Below are positions 48,051 through 58,296 of a DNA stretch of 64,000 nucleotides, in pieces. A program made the position numbers and the translations under genes. The stretch spans positions 109,858-173,857 of the IMG/VR virus record IMGVR_UViG_3300028048_001412; one strand, given 5' to 3'. This DNA is from a virus. Lineage: Duplodnaviria; Heunggongvirae; Uroviricota; Caudoviricetes. The number at the start of each line of letters is the position of its first letter. Position 1 is the stretch's first letter. The notes beneath the pieces are model-generated. The model was not told the origin of the DNA. It made no database searches and saw nothing but the letters and a program-made list of their open reading frames with translations.

Positions 48051-48327
48051 GAAATACAAAAGATGGAAAGCTAAACAAAATATAATCAAAAAGAATAGAG
48101 AAAAACCTTTATTAGAAAGATGGGTTGGAAATGCTAAAGAAGAATGTTATACTTGTGGATATGCTGGATTATATTTTGACGAAAATGAAATGAGATTTAT
48201 TCCTTTTTGTTTTTATCAACATCATAAAGGAAAGATAGCAAATATTTCTTATTATAAATGGAATGATAAATTAGAAGAAAGAGAAAAGAAATTTGAACAG
48301 AAATTAAGTAATTGTAAAGATAAATGA
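48037..48327 (+). CDS. Hypothetical protein
   Basis: 96-aa ORF. Confidence 0.35.
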   Translation: MKKSKKYKRWKAKQNIIKKNREKPLLERWVGNAKEECYTCGYAGLYFDENEMRFIPFCFYQHHKGKIANISYYKWNDKLEEREKKFEQKLSNCKDK

Positions 48328-48350
48328 ATTAAATATTTCGAGGTAAATTT

Positions 48351-49451
48351 ATGAGAAAAGTTTTTATAATAGGTTTTTTAATATTATTTATAGGAGGAGT
48401 TTTAGGAATAATATTTTTATTACCTGATGACAATTCTTTTAAATTACCAGAAATCAATTTATCAAATATAAAACTTCCAGAATTTAAATTAGAAAATTCT
48501 TCAAATATAGATTCTCAAAACGATATTTTACCAAATATTGATGAAAAACAACTTGTTCTTACAGATGAAGAAGCAAAAGATTTAGTTTCAAAATGGGAAA
48601 AAGAAGGATTAGATTCTAAAGAGATAGTTCATAAATTAACTACTGAATATGGATTTACTAAATTTGCAATAATTAATGATAAACTTTATTTTGGAAAAGA
48701 TTATGATTATTATGCAAAACTAGATGAAGAATTATCTCATGTATTTGATGATGCACCTCCAGTAGAATCAATTGAAAATAAAACAGAAAAGATAGAAGAG
48801 GTTGAACCTAAAAAAGAGACTTCTTTAAATCAAAAAACGGATGAAATAAAGAAAAACAAATCCGAGATAGAACAAGAAATTCAAGATGATATTATAATTT
48901 CATTATTCGGATATGAATTTGCAAATAATAACATAAATGAATATAAAGATGTTAATTCAGAAAATACTAAACTTAAAAATATAGAAGATATTTCAACAAT
49001 ATATTTTGATGATGCAAATAAACAAATATGGTATTTTGATTCGGATTTGAGTGTTACTTTTATATATCCTCAACATACTAAAAATAAAAAATTAAAACCT
49101 TATAATGAAAGTAAAGATTATATATGGAGTTGGGTTACTTCCACATTAGAAGGAAATTATCTAGATATAAATAATGGAAATGTTCAATTCTTAATAAATA
49201 CTAATAAAATTATAGGTGCTGAGGTTGAAAAGAACGGAGAAATAAATATTTATACTGAATATGATATTATAAGTCCTTATAATAATTTTTATAATGAAGG
49301 TTCTTTAAAAAATACAGAAAAAGAAATCAAAATGAATGAATTTACAGTTACAGATGATAATATAAAAAGAGGATGGTTTTATAAAGATAAAATTCATATA
49401 ATTCATGGTGAGGAAATGGATTATGGTGAACCTTATAAAAAAGTATATTAA
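48351..49451 (+). CDS. Hypothetical membrane-anchored protein
   Basis: N-terminal TM helix. 366 aa. Confidence 0.45.
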   Translation: MRKVFIIGFLILFIGGVLGIIFLLPDDNSFKLPEINLSNIKLPEFKLENSSNIDSQNDILPNIDEKQLVLTDEEAKDLVSKWEKEGLDSKEIVHKLTTEYGFTKFAIINDKLYFGKDYDYYAKLDEELSHVFDDAPPVESIENKTEKIEEVEPKKETSLNQKTDEIKKNKSEIEQEIQDDIIISLFGYEFANNNINEYKDVNSENTKLKNIEDISTIYFDDANKQIWYFDSDLSVTFIYPQHTKNKKLKPYNESKDYIWSWVTSTLEGNYLDINNGNVQFLINTNKIIGAEVEKNGEINIYTEYDIISPYNNFYNEGSLKNTEKEIKMNEFTVTDDNIKRGWFYKDKIHIIHGEEMDYGEPYKKVY

Positions 49452-49462
49452 GGAGGTCTGAA

Positions 49463-49726
49463 ATGACAAGACAACAAATAGAAGAAGGATTAAGAGTTTC
49501 TGAAAAAATAACTACTTTAGAAAATGCATTAAATACAGTAACTAATTCAGTATTTGATGGTCAAGATAGAAAAGAAGTAGTATCTAATTATATTCATAAT
49601 GGATGTTTATCAAGTGAAGTATTAGTATTACTTTCTTCAGAAGATTGTAAAAAGATAAATAGTGCTATTTATGATGTACTATGTGAAAATATTAAAAAGT
49701 TACAAGAACAAATGAGCAATATATAA
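49463..49726 (+). CDS. Hypothetical protein
   Basis: 87-aa ORF with a GGAGG RBS. Confidence 0.4.
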   Translation: MTRQQIEEGLRVSEKITTLENALNTVTNSVFDGQDRKEVVSNYIHNGCLSSEVLVLLSSEDCKKINSAIYDVLCENIKKLQEQMSNI

Positions 49727-49753
49727 AAAGAAAGAGAGGTAAATAAAATAATT

Positions 49754-50608
49754 ATGATTAAGATAGCCATAATTACAGTAATAGTTTTATTTGTAGTATT
49801 TAGTTGTGCTTTTATAGTTCCAGAGAAGAAGGAGTTTATAATTGAATTCCTTGGGAAATATAATAGAACTTTAAAAGCAGGAATTCAATTTAAGTTACCA
49901 TTTGTAGAAAGAATCAGAACTAAAACAGATATGAGAGAACATATGCATGATTTTCCGCCTCAACAAGTTATTACTAAAGATAATGTAGGAATATCTATTG
50001 ATACAGTAGTATATTGTAGAGTATTTGATTCTTATAAAGCAACTTATATGATTTCTAATAGTTTAGAAGCTATTGAACAAATTACAGCTACTACTTTAAG
50101 AAATATTGTAGGAACAATGACTTTAGATGAATTATTAACTTCAAGAGATACTATAAATGGTCATCTTTTAAAAGAAGTAGATGAAGCAACTGATCCATGG
50201 GGAATTAAAGTTACTAGAATAGAAGTTAAAAATATTACTCCTCCTCAATCAATCAGAGAATCAATGGAAAAACAAATGAAAGCAGAAAGAGATAAAAGAG
50301 CGGCTATTCTTGAAGCAGAAGCCACTAAACAAAAAGCCATTACTGAAGCTCAAGGAAAGAAAGATGCAATGTTAATGGAAGCAGAAGCTAAAGCAAAAGC
50401 AATTGAAATGGTTGCAACTGCTGAAGCTGAGGCCGTAAAGAAAATAAATGAACAAAAACCTTCAGACGCATATATTAAATTAGAAGCAATTAAGAGTTTG
50501 AAAGATTTAGCAAAAGGCCAAGCTACTAAAATAGTAGTTCCTTCAGATATTGCTTCTTTAACAAGTGGTATTTTAGCAATTAAAGATTCTATTAAGGAAG
50601 GTAAGTAA
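49754..50608 (+). CDS. Stomatin/HflKC-like SPFH (band 7) membrane protein
   Basis: N-terminal TM, then EFIIEFLGKYNRTLKAGIQFKLPFVERI, typical of a stomatin/prohibitin core. Ala/Glu-rich C-terminal helix. Confidence 0.6.
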   Translation: MIKIAIITVIVLFVVFSCAFIVPEKKEFIIEFLGKYNRTLKAGIQFKLPFVERIRTKTDMREHMHDFPPQQVITKDNVGISIDTVVYCRVFDSYKATYMISNSLEAIEQITATTLRNIVGTMTLDELLTSRDTINGHLLKEVDEATDPWGIKVTRIEVKNITPPQSIRESMEKQMKAERDKRAAILEAEATKQKAITEAQGKKDAMLMEAEAKAKAIEMVATAEAEAVKKINEQKPSDAYIKLEAIKSLKDLAKGQATKIVVPSDIASLTSGILAIKDSIKEGK

Positions 50609-50610
50609 CA

Positions 50611-50829
50611 TTGGGAATATTTAGTTGGAGAGAAATGTTTGATGATAATGTAAAAGATTCAAATTATCATTTAAACAAATTGGCAAATTTAGCCAATAAT
50701 AATATAAAACCAACATTAAGATCTGATTATATAGATGTTGTAGATTGGAAAAAATCAGATAATATAGAATATATTCTAGTGTATGCAGTTGGTTTTATAC
50801 TAATGGGATTACTTATGTTTCTAAAATAA
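50611..50829 (+). CDS. Small membrane protein (possible NfeD-like partner of stomatin)
   Basis: 72 aa, C-terminal TM. Immediately downstream of the stomatin gene. TTG start. Confidence 0.3.
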   Translation: MGIFSWREMFDDNVKDSNYHLNKLANLANNNIKPTLRSDYIDVVDWKKSDNIEYILVYAVGFILMGLLMFLK

Positions 50830-50848
50830 ATTGACAAGTTATATTCAT

Positions 50849-50895
50849 ATAGGAAGGATTATTAATAGAATTAGTAATTCCTTCCTATTTTTTGA
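50849..50895 (+). terminator. Rho-independent terminator
   Basis: ATAGGAAGGATTA/TAATTCCTTCCTAT hairpin + TTTTTT. Confidence 0.65.
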
Positions 50896-50916
50896 ATAAA
50901 AAGGAAATTTTTTGAA

Positions 50917-52599
50917 ATGATTAAAAGATTATCTATAATTTTAATAAGTATAATTTTATTATCTAATAATGTTTTTGCGGAAGCTGCTATAATTTATGCT
51001 CCTACTAAACCTGTAGAAATAAAAGAAATAATAACTACTAATAATTATGATAATTATATTCCTGAGGAAAAAGGACCTATAACATCTGAAGTTATAGGAT
51101 ATTCTCTATCTTCTGATCCAGCAATGCAAGATTATATAAATATTTATAATTTATCGGAAGATTCAAATGGATATTTATATATAAAATCATCTAATAATCA
51201 ATATGTAAAGAATGCTTGGAGAAAAGTAAATATTAGAAGTTTTGAAAGAGTTGGTGGAAATACAGAAGGATTCAATAATAATTATGTTTGGGTATATTGC
51301 GGAAGTAATGGTAGATTATTAAAAGCATCATCTGGAAAAATGAAAATATATAAAATAGATAATAAAGCTTATGCTTTTAATGAATATGGCCAAATGATAG
51401 AAGGATATTTTAATGATGAAGGAGAAATATGGGATAAAAGTAATGATTCTGCTCCTTGGGAATTATTAAATGGTTCTAACTATCTATATTATGCTGATAA
51501 AAATGGTAATTTATATTCAGGATGGCTTCAATATAATGGAATTTTTACAGATGATTATGAATGGAAAAATAATATATGGTTCTATTTTGACCCTAAAAAT
51601 TATAAATCAATAAGAGCAAAAAATGATTATTATAAATTACAACAAATAGGTTCTAAAAAATATGCATTTGATAGTAATGGCGTAATGTTAACAGGAATGG
51701 ATGCTCTTAAATATAAATCAGATTCAGACGAATCAATTAAATATTTTAATTCTGATGGTTCAGTAGTAACTAATGGATTTGTTAAACTAAATTGGGATGA
51801 TGAAGTAGTAGAAGAAAACTTTAGTGATTACGATGATTATGATGAAGATATATCTATTTTCTTAAATAAATCAGGAAAAATGTATAAAGATATGATTAAG
51901 AAAATAAATAGTTCTTATTATGGATTTGATGATAATGGAGTAGTTCTTAAAAATTGTTTAGGTATATTCAATAATAATCATTTCGTAGATACAGTTTCAA
52001 TAGAAGATACAAATGGAAGAAGTTTTATATTAAAAGGTAAATATACTAATAAACATGGAAATAATGGAACTTATACTAAAGATTTAGGTAGTTTATATTA
52101 TTTTGATAATTCTGGTAAAAGACAAACTAGTGGAACTTTAAATTTTGATGACGATGATTATAAATGGGGTGCTTCAAATACAGGAGCATATGAAGATAGT
52201 AAACAAGGATATATTTATATTCATGGATTAGCTCTTAAAGCAGATAAAGATTTAAAATATGGAATATATGTTCAAAATCCTACTAAAGATACTTATTCTA
52301 ATAATGAATTATATACTTTGAATGATGTTTATGTTATAAATACTAGTGGAAAAAAAGTTAATGGTGGTTCTTCTACTATTAAAGATTCAGATGATAATTA
52401 TTGGAGAATATCTTCAAATGGATTATTTAGAGGGGTATATTCTGTTAAAGTTAGATCTAATGAATGGTATTCTTATTCTAAAAATGGAAAAGAAGAATGG
52501 ATTCCTATTGATCAGGCAGATGGTAGAGGAAAACATTTAGATGATTATAGAGTTAGATTAAATAATGAATATGGTTTGAATATAAACATTAGAAATTAA
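50917..52599 (+). CDS. Secreted protein with multiple choline/cell-wall-binding (YG) repeats
   Basis: Signal peptide. Repeats such as GWLQYNGIFTDDYEWKNNIWFYFDPKN, YAFDSNGVMLTG, YYGFDDNGVVLKN, LYYFDNSGKRQTSG. Confidence 0.55.
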   Translation: MIKRLSIILISIILLSNNVFAEAAIIYAPTKPVEIKEIITTNNYDNYIPEEKGPITSEVIGYSLSSDPAMQDYINIYNLSEDSNGYLYIKSSNNQYVKNAWRKVNIRSFERVGGNTEGFNNNYVWVYCGSNGRLLKASSGKMKIYKIDNKAYAFNEYGQMIEGYFNDEGEIWDKSNDSAPWELLNGSNYLYYADKNGNLYSGWLQYNGIFTDDYEWKNNIWFYFDPKNYKSIRAKNDYYKLQQIGSKKYAFDSNGVMLTGMDALKYKSDSDESIKYFNSDGSVVTNGFVKLNWDDEVVEENFSDYDDYDEDISIFLNKSGKMYKDMIKKINSSYYGFDDNGVVLKNCLGIFNNNHFVDTVSIEDTNGRSFILKGKYTNKHGNNGTYTKDLGSLYYFDNSGKRQTSGTLNFDDDDYKWGASNTGAYEDSKQGYIYIHGLALKADKDLKYGIYVQNPTKDTYSNNELYTLNDVYVINTSGKKVNGGSSTIKDSDDNYWRISSNGLFRGVYSVKVRSNEWYSYSKNGKEEWIPIDQADGRGKHLDDYRVRLNNEYGLNINIRN

Positions 52600-52614
52600 A
52601 GGAGAAAATTACTT

Positions 52615-53145
52615 TTGAAAAGAATTAATGAATATTTTGGAGAAATTAAAGATGTTAAAGGACCAAGTATAGTAAACGCCCCCGTAAATTGTTATAAACA
52701 AGGAAGAGATTGGACGTGCAGTGTAGCTTGTATAAGAACCGCAATAAGTGCATTTAAAAATATTTCAGAAGAAGAAATCATTAAAGAAGAACAATTAAAA
52801 ATGGGTGGACAATCTATAGAAAATATAAAAAATTGGAAATGTTTAGATGGATTAAAAATAGAAACAAAAGCTACTAGAGAAATAAATGATAGTCAAGGAT
52901 TATATGATTTATTATTAGATAACTATATAGTAATATGTGCTAGTACTTATAATTTATGGCATTATATAGTTTGTTATGGATATTTAACTACTAATGAAAG
53001 AAATAATCCTGAAAATCAATATGTATTATTCTACGATCCATATTTAGATGAGCATAAACTTATAAATGCAGATATATTTGATACTATGTGGTATGATATA
53101 GGAACAAGTAAATATAGAGATTATATTGCTATCAAACAAGATTAA
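52615..53145 (+). CDS. Putative papain-like cysteine peptidase (C39-like?)
   Basis: Cys region CYKQGRDWTCSVACIRTA and His region WHYIVCYGY. Weak call. Confidence 0.25.
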   Translation: MKRINEYFGEIKDVKGPSIVNAPVNCYKQGRDWTCSVACIRTAISAFKNISEEEIIKEEQLKMGGQSIENIKNWKCLDGLKIETKATREINDSQGLYDLLLDNYIVICASTYNLWHYIVCYGYLTTNERNNPENQYVLFYDPYLDEHKLINADIFDTMWYDIGTSKYRDYIAIKQD

Positions 53146-53185
53146 AAAATTATAATATATTTTACGGAGGTTTTACTAAAGAAAA

Positions 53186-55072
53186 GTGAAAATAGAAGAA
53201 ATAATTCAAAACTTAGATAAACCATTCTCTTATATAAATAATAAATGCAAGATAAATAATCAAGCTTTATCTCAATATTTATTTTCTAAATATATTGTAG
53301 ATTTACATAGAAATAATATTCAAAATCAAAGACAATTAGATAATTATATTGAAGAACATAAAAAAGACATTTTTGAAATACTTAAATTAAATACTAAAAA
53401 TTATATTGAAGATAAAATGGACAATATAGATTATGATAAAGAAATGTCTAAATATTTAAAGTCTGATAAAAATAGAGAACTTTTATTATATTTTACAGGA
53501 ACAGCGGTAAATGAAATTATAGATTCCATATTTAATGAAGAAAATAATAAGTTATCATATTCAAAAATATCAAAATTACATCCAGAACTTTATTCTAAAT
53601 TATATGGATATTTTGAAGTATATAAAGAAAACACTACTTGTAATAGACAATTAATTGAAAAAGAATTAGTCAATCTTATTCCTAAAGATTTAGTTAAATT
53701 GTATCCTGAAGCTAGAAAATTACAAAGACATTTTAAGATAATTTGTGGTCCTACTAATTCAGGTAAAACATATGAAGCAATGCAAGAATTAGAAAAATCA
53801 TATAATGGAATATATTTAGGACCCTTAAGATTATTAGCATATGAAAAATATAAAGAATTAAATGATAAAGGAATAATTGCTTCTTTAATTACAGGAGAAG
53901 AAGAAATTATAAACGAAAATAGTAGAATTCAATGTTCTACTGTAGAAATGTGTGATTTAAATAAACAATATGATTGTTTAGTATTAGATGAAGCTCAATT
54001 ATGTGTAGATAAAGATAGAGGATGTTATTGGACTAAAGTAATATTAGGTTCTTTATGTGAAAATATTATTATTTGTTGTGCTCCAGAAGCATTAACTCTA
54101 ATTACTAATTTAATAACTAAATGTAAAGATACTTATGAAATAATTAGAAAAGATAGATTGGTTCCTTTACAATCAACAGGTTCTAATTTTAATGAATCTG
54201 AAAATGGAGATGCTTATATAGTATTTAGTAGAAAACATGTTCATCAATTAGCAAATGAATTAAAACAGGATACTAAAAAGAAAATAAGTATTTTATATGG
54301 AAATCTTCCTTATGATGTAAGACAAGAAGAAGCAAAAAAATTTAATAATGGGGAAACAGATTTATTAGTAGCAACTGATTGTATTGGAATGGGTCTCAAT
54401 TTACCTATTAAAAGGGTAGTAGTAATGGAAACTGAAAAATATGACGGGACAGAAATGAGAAATCTTAATAGAGGAGAATTAAAACAAATAATAGGTAGAG
54501 CAGGAAGATATAATAAATATAAACAAGGTTATTATACAGGTCCTCAAATTAGAAAGATTGAAAATATATTAAATAAATCAGAAAAAGATAATAATATTCC
54601 ATATATTGATATGCCTAAATCATTACTTAAAATAAATGCACCTATTAAAAATATAATTGGTGTATGGAATATGTATAATATAGGAGAAGAATTTAAAAAA
54701 TCAAATAATTCTATATTATTAGATCTTTGTAAATATGCAGAAAGATATATTACTGATAGAAAATTATTATGGAATATCATAAACTTCAAATTTGATTATA
54801 AAGAAGATTTAGAGACAAAATCATTTATTGAATGGAAAAGAATGGTTCAATGTTTATCTAAAAAAGAGACATATGAATATAAAGAAAAATATTGTTCTAC
54901 TTTATTAGAATTAGAAGAAGAATATAAAGTTTATGATTTGATTTATCAATACTATAATTTAACTGGAGATAAAGATAATAAATTAAAAACAGTAGAGATT
55001 CGTAATAGATTATCAAATCTTATTATGAAAGAGTTAGAAGATATCAGAAATGATAAGAAGTGGTTTAAATAA
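53186..55072 (+). CDS. Suv3-like SF2 RNA/DNA helicase
   Basis: ICGPTNSGKTYEAMQ (Suv3-type Walker A), VLDEAQL, LVATDCIGMGLNLP (compare Suv3 ATDAIGMGLNL). Confidence 0.6.
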   Translation: MKIEEIIQNLDKPFSYINNKCKINNQALSQYLFSKYIVDLHRNNIQNQRQLDNYIEEHKKDIFEILKLNTKNYIEDKMDNIDYDKEMSKYLKSDKNRELLLYFTGTAVNEIIDSIFNEENNKLSYSKISKLHPELYSKLYGYFEVYKENTTCNRQLIEKELVNLIPKDLVKLYPEARKLQRHFKIICGPTNSGKTYEAMQELEKSYNGIYLGPLRLLAYEKYKELNDKGIIASLITGEEEIINENSRIQCSTVEMCDLNKQYDCLVLDEAQLCVDKDRGCYWTKVILGSLCENIIICCAPEALTLITNLITKCKDTYEIIRKDRLVPLQSTGSNFNESENGDAYIVFSRKHVHQLANELKQDTKKKISILYGNLPYDVRQEEAKKFNNGETDLLVATDCIGMGLNLPIKRVVVMETEKYDGTEMRNLNRGELKQIIGRAGRYNKYKQGYYTGPQIRKIENILNKSEKDNNIPYIDMPKSLLKINAPIKNIIGVWNMYNIGEEFKKSNNSILLDLCKYAERYITDRKLLWNIINFKFDYKEDLETKSFIEWKRMVQCLSKKETYEYKEKYCSTLLELEEEYKVYDLIYQYYNLTGDKDNKLKTVEIRNRLSNLIMKELEDIRNDKKWFK

Positions 55073-55090
55073 AAATAGAGGTGAAAAGCT

Positions 55091-55588
55091 ATGACAGAAA
55101 AAACTAAACAATTATTCGATTCTTTAAACTTATTAAGATATTCTGCTGAACATAGATTATCAGATATAACCATGGATGAAATTCAAGATGCTTATTATAA
55201 TATATTTGATTTAATATCACAGTTAAAACAAATTGAAGATCAACAACAATTAGCAATTCAAGCTCAAAATGAACAACAAAAGAAATTTGATTCTATTCAT
55301 AAGAAAGTAATGAAAAATTTTGATAATAAAGGTGCAATAGAAATTGCAAAAGATATATCAGATAGAATTGTTAGATTAGGAATAAATAAAACTTATATCA
55401 TATCAGAGATGGATAATGGAAAAATAGGAATTATTTCAGGAACAAATGCAAATGATAAACAGGTAATAAGAACTTATGATGATATTTACGATTTTACTAT
55501 TAACATAGAAGATGATTTAAAATGTGAATTTAAAAGAGAAAAGTTATTTTCTAATATAAAAACATTAAAGAAAGGTGACCACGAATAG
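55091..55588 (+). CDS. Hypothetical protein
   Basis: 165-aa ORF with a GAGGTG RBS. Confidence 0.4.
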   Translation: MTEKTKQLFDSLNLLRYSAEHRLSDITMDEIQDAYYNIFDLISQLKQIEDQQQLAIQAQNEQQKKFDSIHKKVMKNFDNKGAIEIAKDISDRIVRLGINKTYIISEMDNGKIGIISGTNANDKQVIRTYDDIYDFTINIEDDLKCEFKREKLFSNIKTLKKGDHE

Positions 55589-55615
55589 TTTTGAGTAGAG
55601 AAAGGAAATATTAAA

Positions 55616-56203
55616 TTGATATTATTTGTAGGTGGATTATTTTGTTATTATAATTTTAAGAATTATGTAGAAAATTTATTTTATAACATAAAAAGAAAAG
55701 AAGTAATTTATAGGACTTGTAAAGAAGTAAATCAAGCAGATATTGATAATGCAGATATAATTATTGCTTATTCATATGCTATACAATATATGAATACTTT
55801 AAAACTATATAATAAAAAGATAATATTATTAAGTCCTTTATTGAATGATTATAGATTCAAAGACATTATGATAAAAATAGCTGAAAAATTAGTAGATACC
55901 AAATCAGGAATTACTAAATTTGGAACTGAATTATACTGTAAAATGATAGGAGTTAATGAAAAATCATTTAAATATTGGGTGGAAGATGTTCAAGATTGGG
56001 TTAAAGATTATGGAATCAATGAATCTAAAATTCAAAACATTGAGCCTAAAAGCGATTGGATAATAATAGATGGATTTAAGCCAATATGTAAACTTCCAAG
56101 AATAGATGATATAGCTACTGATAATAATGGAAATAAAATAAGACATATTATAAATTACGACAATCATTTATTATTTTTAGATAAATATTTAGGTGTGAAA
56201 TAA
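55616..56203 (+). CDS. Hypothetical protein
   Basis: 195-aa ORF, TTG start. Confidence 0.35.
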   Translation: MILFVGGLFCYYNFKNYVENLFYNIKRKEVIYRTCKEVNQADIDNADIIIAYSYAIQYMNTLKLYNKKIILLSPLLNDYRFKDIMIKIAEKLVDTKSGITKFGTELYCKMIGVNEKSFKYWVEDVQDWVKDYGINESKIQNIEPKSDWIIIDGFKPICKLPRIDDIATDNNGNKIRHIINYDNHLLFLDKYLGVK

Positions 56204-56360
56204 TGAATATTTGGGATGATAAAAAAGAACAAATTGAAAAAGAAGAGTTTAATTCTGAATTGAAAATACAAATAATATTGATATTTGTATTTATTATATT
56301 CATATTATTTATTATAATATTTATGAGAGGAATGGATTTATTAGAAAATCTTTTAATTAG

Positions 56361-56990
56361 ATGAAGAAATTATTAATAGTTATTATATTAATTTTATTTA
56401 ATTGTAATTTTGTCTATTCATTAAATCCAGGATGGAATAATACAGGTGTAAATATTTATTATTCTTTAACAGGATATTGGTGTAATACATTAAAAGGATG
56501 GAATTATATAGATAATAATTGGTATTATTTTGATGAAAGTGGAAGATTACAAATAGATTTATCTTGTAATAATGAATCAAATCCTAAAGATAAAGTAATT
56601 TATTGGTCTCAAATTCTTTATAATAGCAAAAAATGTAAATATGATAATACTCCATCAGGAAGATATGAAGGGTTATCATTTGACTGTAGTTCTTTTGTAG
56701 GTAGATTATATAAAATGGCAGGAATAGATTTCTTTACTAAATATTATAGTTGTGAAAAACAAGCAAATTATTTTAAAGATGAAAATAAATTAATTGACTT
56801 GAATTTGTCAGAGCCAGGAGATTTAGTATATTTTGGAGAAAATTATGCTAATGTAACTCATTGCTCTTTAATAATAGAAAATAATCCTGATATAGGAATA
56901 ATTGTTTTATCTGCTTTTGGAAAAGAAAGAGGATTATATTTAGAAATATTAGATAGAGATGATATTTTATGTATAGCGAGACCATGTTAA
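56361..56990 (+). CDS. Secreted NlpC/P60-family peptidoglycan endopeptidase with N-terminal cell-wall-binding repeat (lysin-like)
   Basis: Signal peptide. GWNYIDNNWYYFDESGRL CW-binding repeat. Catalytic Cys motif FDCSSFVGRLYKMAGIDF. His in NVTHCSLII. Confidence 0.55.
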   Translation: MKKLLIVIILILFNCNFVYSLNPGWNNTGVNIYYSLTGYWCNTLKGWNYIDNNWYYFDESGRLQIDLSCNNESNPKDKVIYWSQILYNSKKCKYDNTPSGRYEGLSFDCSSFVGRLYKMAGIDFFTKYYSCEKQANYFKDENKLIDLNLSEPGDLVYFGENYANVTHCSLIIENNPDIGIIVLSAFGKERGLYLEILDRDDILCIARPC

Positions 56991-57071
56991 TTGAACTACC
57001 ATTAATCTAAAGCTTAATGGTTTTATAGACTCAAAATATAAAAATATTTAAGAGATTTTGGAGGTATTAAA

Positions 57072-57434
57072 TTGAAAGATAACGTAGATGAATTTTTAGT
57101 AGCGTATAAAGCATATGAAATGGTTTGTAGAGCTAAAGGAAAAGAAGTTAAAGATATTGAAGATGAATTAGGTGAAAATAATCCTAAAATGCAGAAGATC
57201 CGAATTTGTAGGCAATTGAGAAACTTCTGCGTTCACAATGAACATGATGATTTCATTCAAATTCATAAAGGAATGATTAAATTCTTAAAAGAAGAAATAA
57301 AATTAAGTAAACAAAAATCAAAGAAAACAAATGTTTCTAATAAAAATACTAAATCTTCTGTTTCTAAAAAGAAAAATGTCAAAATTAATAGTAAATCAAA
57401 TAAAAAGTCCACTATAAAAAAGAAAAGGAAGTAA
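57072..57434 (+). CDS. Hypothetical protein with Lys-rich basic tail
   Basis: 120-aa ORF, TTG start. Confidence 0.4.
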   Translation: MKDNVDEFLVAYKAYEMVCRAKGKEVKDIEDELGENNPKMQKIRICRQLRNFCVHNEHDDFIQIHKGMIKFLKEEIKLSKQKSKKTNVSNKNTKSSVSKKKNVKINSKSNKKSTIKKKRK

Positions 57435-58271
57435 TTGATGACTTTTAGTAATTGGGTTAAAAAGAATTCTAATAAATTAACAAATGTTTCTAAATTAACT
57501 CTTAATGATTGGATAAATAATAGAAATTTACCTGATTGGAAAGAGAGAAATAATATTTTATGGAATAATCATTGTTCAGATGATATAAAAGACGAGGATG
57601 GTTTTACATTTACTGGAAATAAAGCAGGGAAAAATACTAAATTTGATATAAATAATAAAATGCAATATTATAGAAGTGCTACTTGGCAAAAAGTAATGGC
57701 TAGAAAAATTAAATCCACAGGTGGTAAATGTGAAATATGCGGATCAAAAGACAATCTCACTGTTCATCACCGTGAGTATACAGCTAATTGGGGAGGGAAG
57801 GAATCGGACGATGAACTCTTGACTTGTTGCAAGCGTTGCCATATGCTGCAACACAAAGATAAACCAGAATGTGTAAAACAATATAATGAATTAATGTCTC
57901 CAATAAGAAGTATAGTTATAAATGTTAAATCTGATGGTTCAATTACTCCTCATGTATTTACTAATTGTGATGATGATATGATAAGAGCATATATGGTAGA
58001 TATGTATAAAAAAGCAAAAGTAATTAAATATATAAAAAACTGTAGATTATATAAAACCAAATTAGAAGGCGAACCTAATAAAGCAAATGATAGATGGTTT
58101 GCTATAAGTATAAATAATAAAAATGAAGTAGTAGAACTTCATCAATGTAATTCTAAAAAAGAGGCTGAAAAATATAAAAAGAAAAATTTAAAAAATTTCG
58201 TAGTATTTAAGCCTTCTAAAACCATTGATTCGGAAAAGTTAAATCAGATATATCATCCTAAAAAGAAATAA
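57435..58271 (+). CDS. HNH endonuclease
   Basis: CEICGSKDNLTVHHREY...CCKRCHMLQH. Confidence 0.65.
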   Translation: MMTFSNWVKKNSNKLTNVSKLTLNDWINNRNLPDWKERNNILWNNHCSDDIKDEDGFTFTGNKAGKNTKFDINNKMQYYRSATWQKVMARKIKSTGGKCEICGSKDNLTVHHREYTANWGGKESDDELLTCCKRCHMLQHKDKPECVKQYNELMSPIRSIVINVKSDGSITPHVFTNCDDDMIRAYMVDMYKKAKVIKYIKNCRLYKTKLEGEPNKANDRWFAISINNKNEVVELHQCNSKKEAEKYKKKNLKNFVVFKPSKTIDSEKLNQIYHPKKK

Positions 58272-58296
58272 AGGACCGCGAGGAAAACAAAAATAT

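Noticed and set aside
52346-52540. Alternative-frame + strand ORFs 52346..52540 and 62354..62578
   Set aside because: They are embedded in the longer, motif-supported ORFs 50917..52599 and 61807..62547 in another frame, and are low-complexity. Judged spurious.
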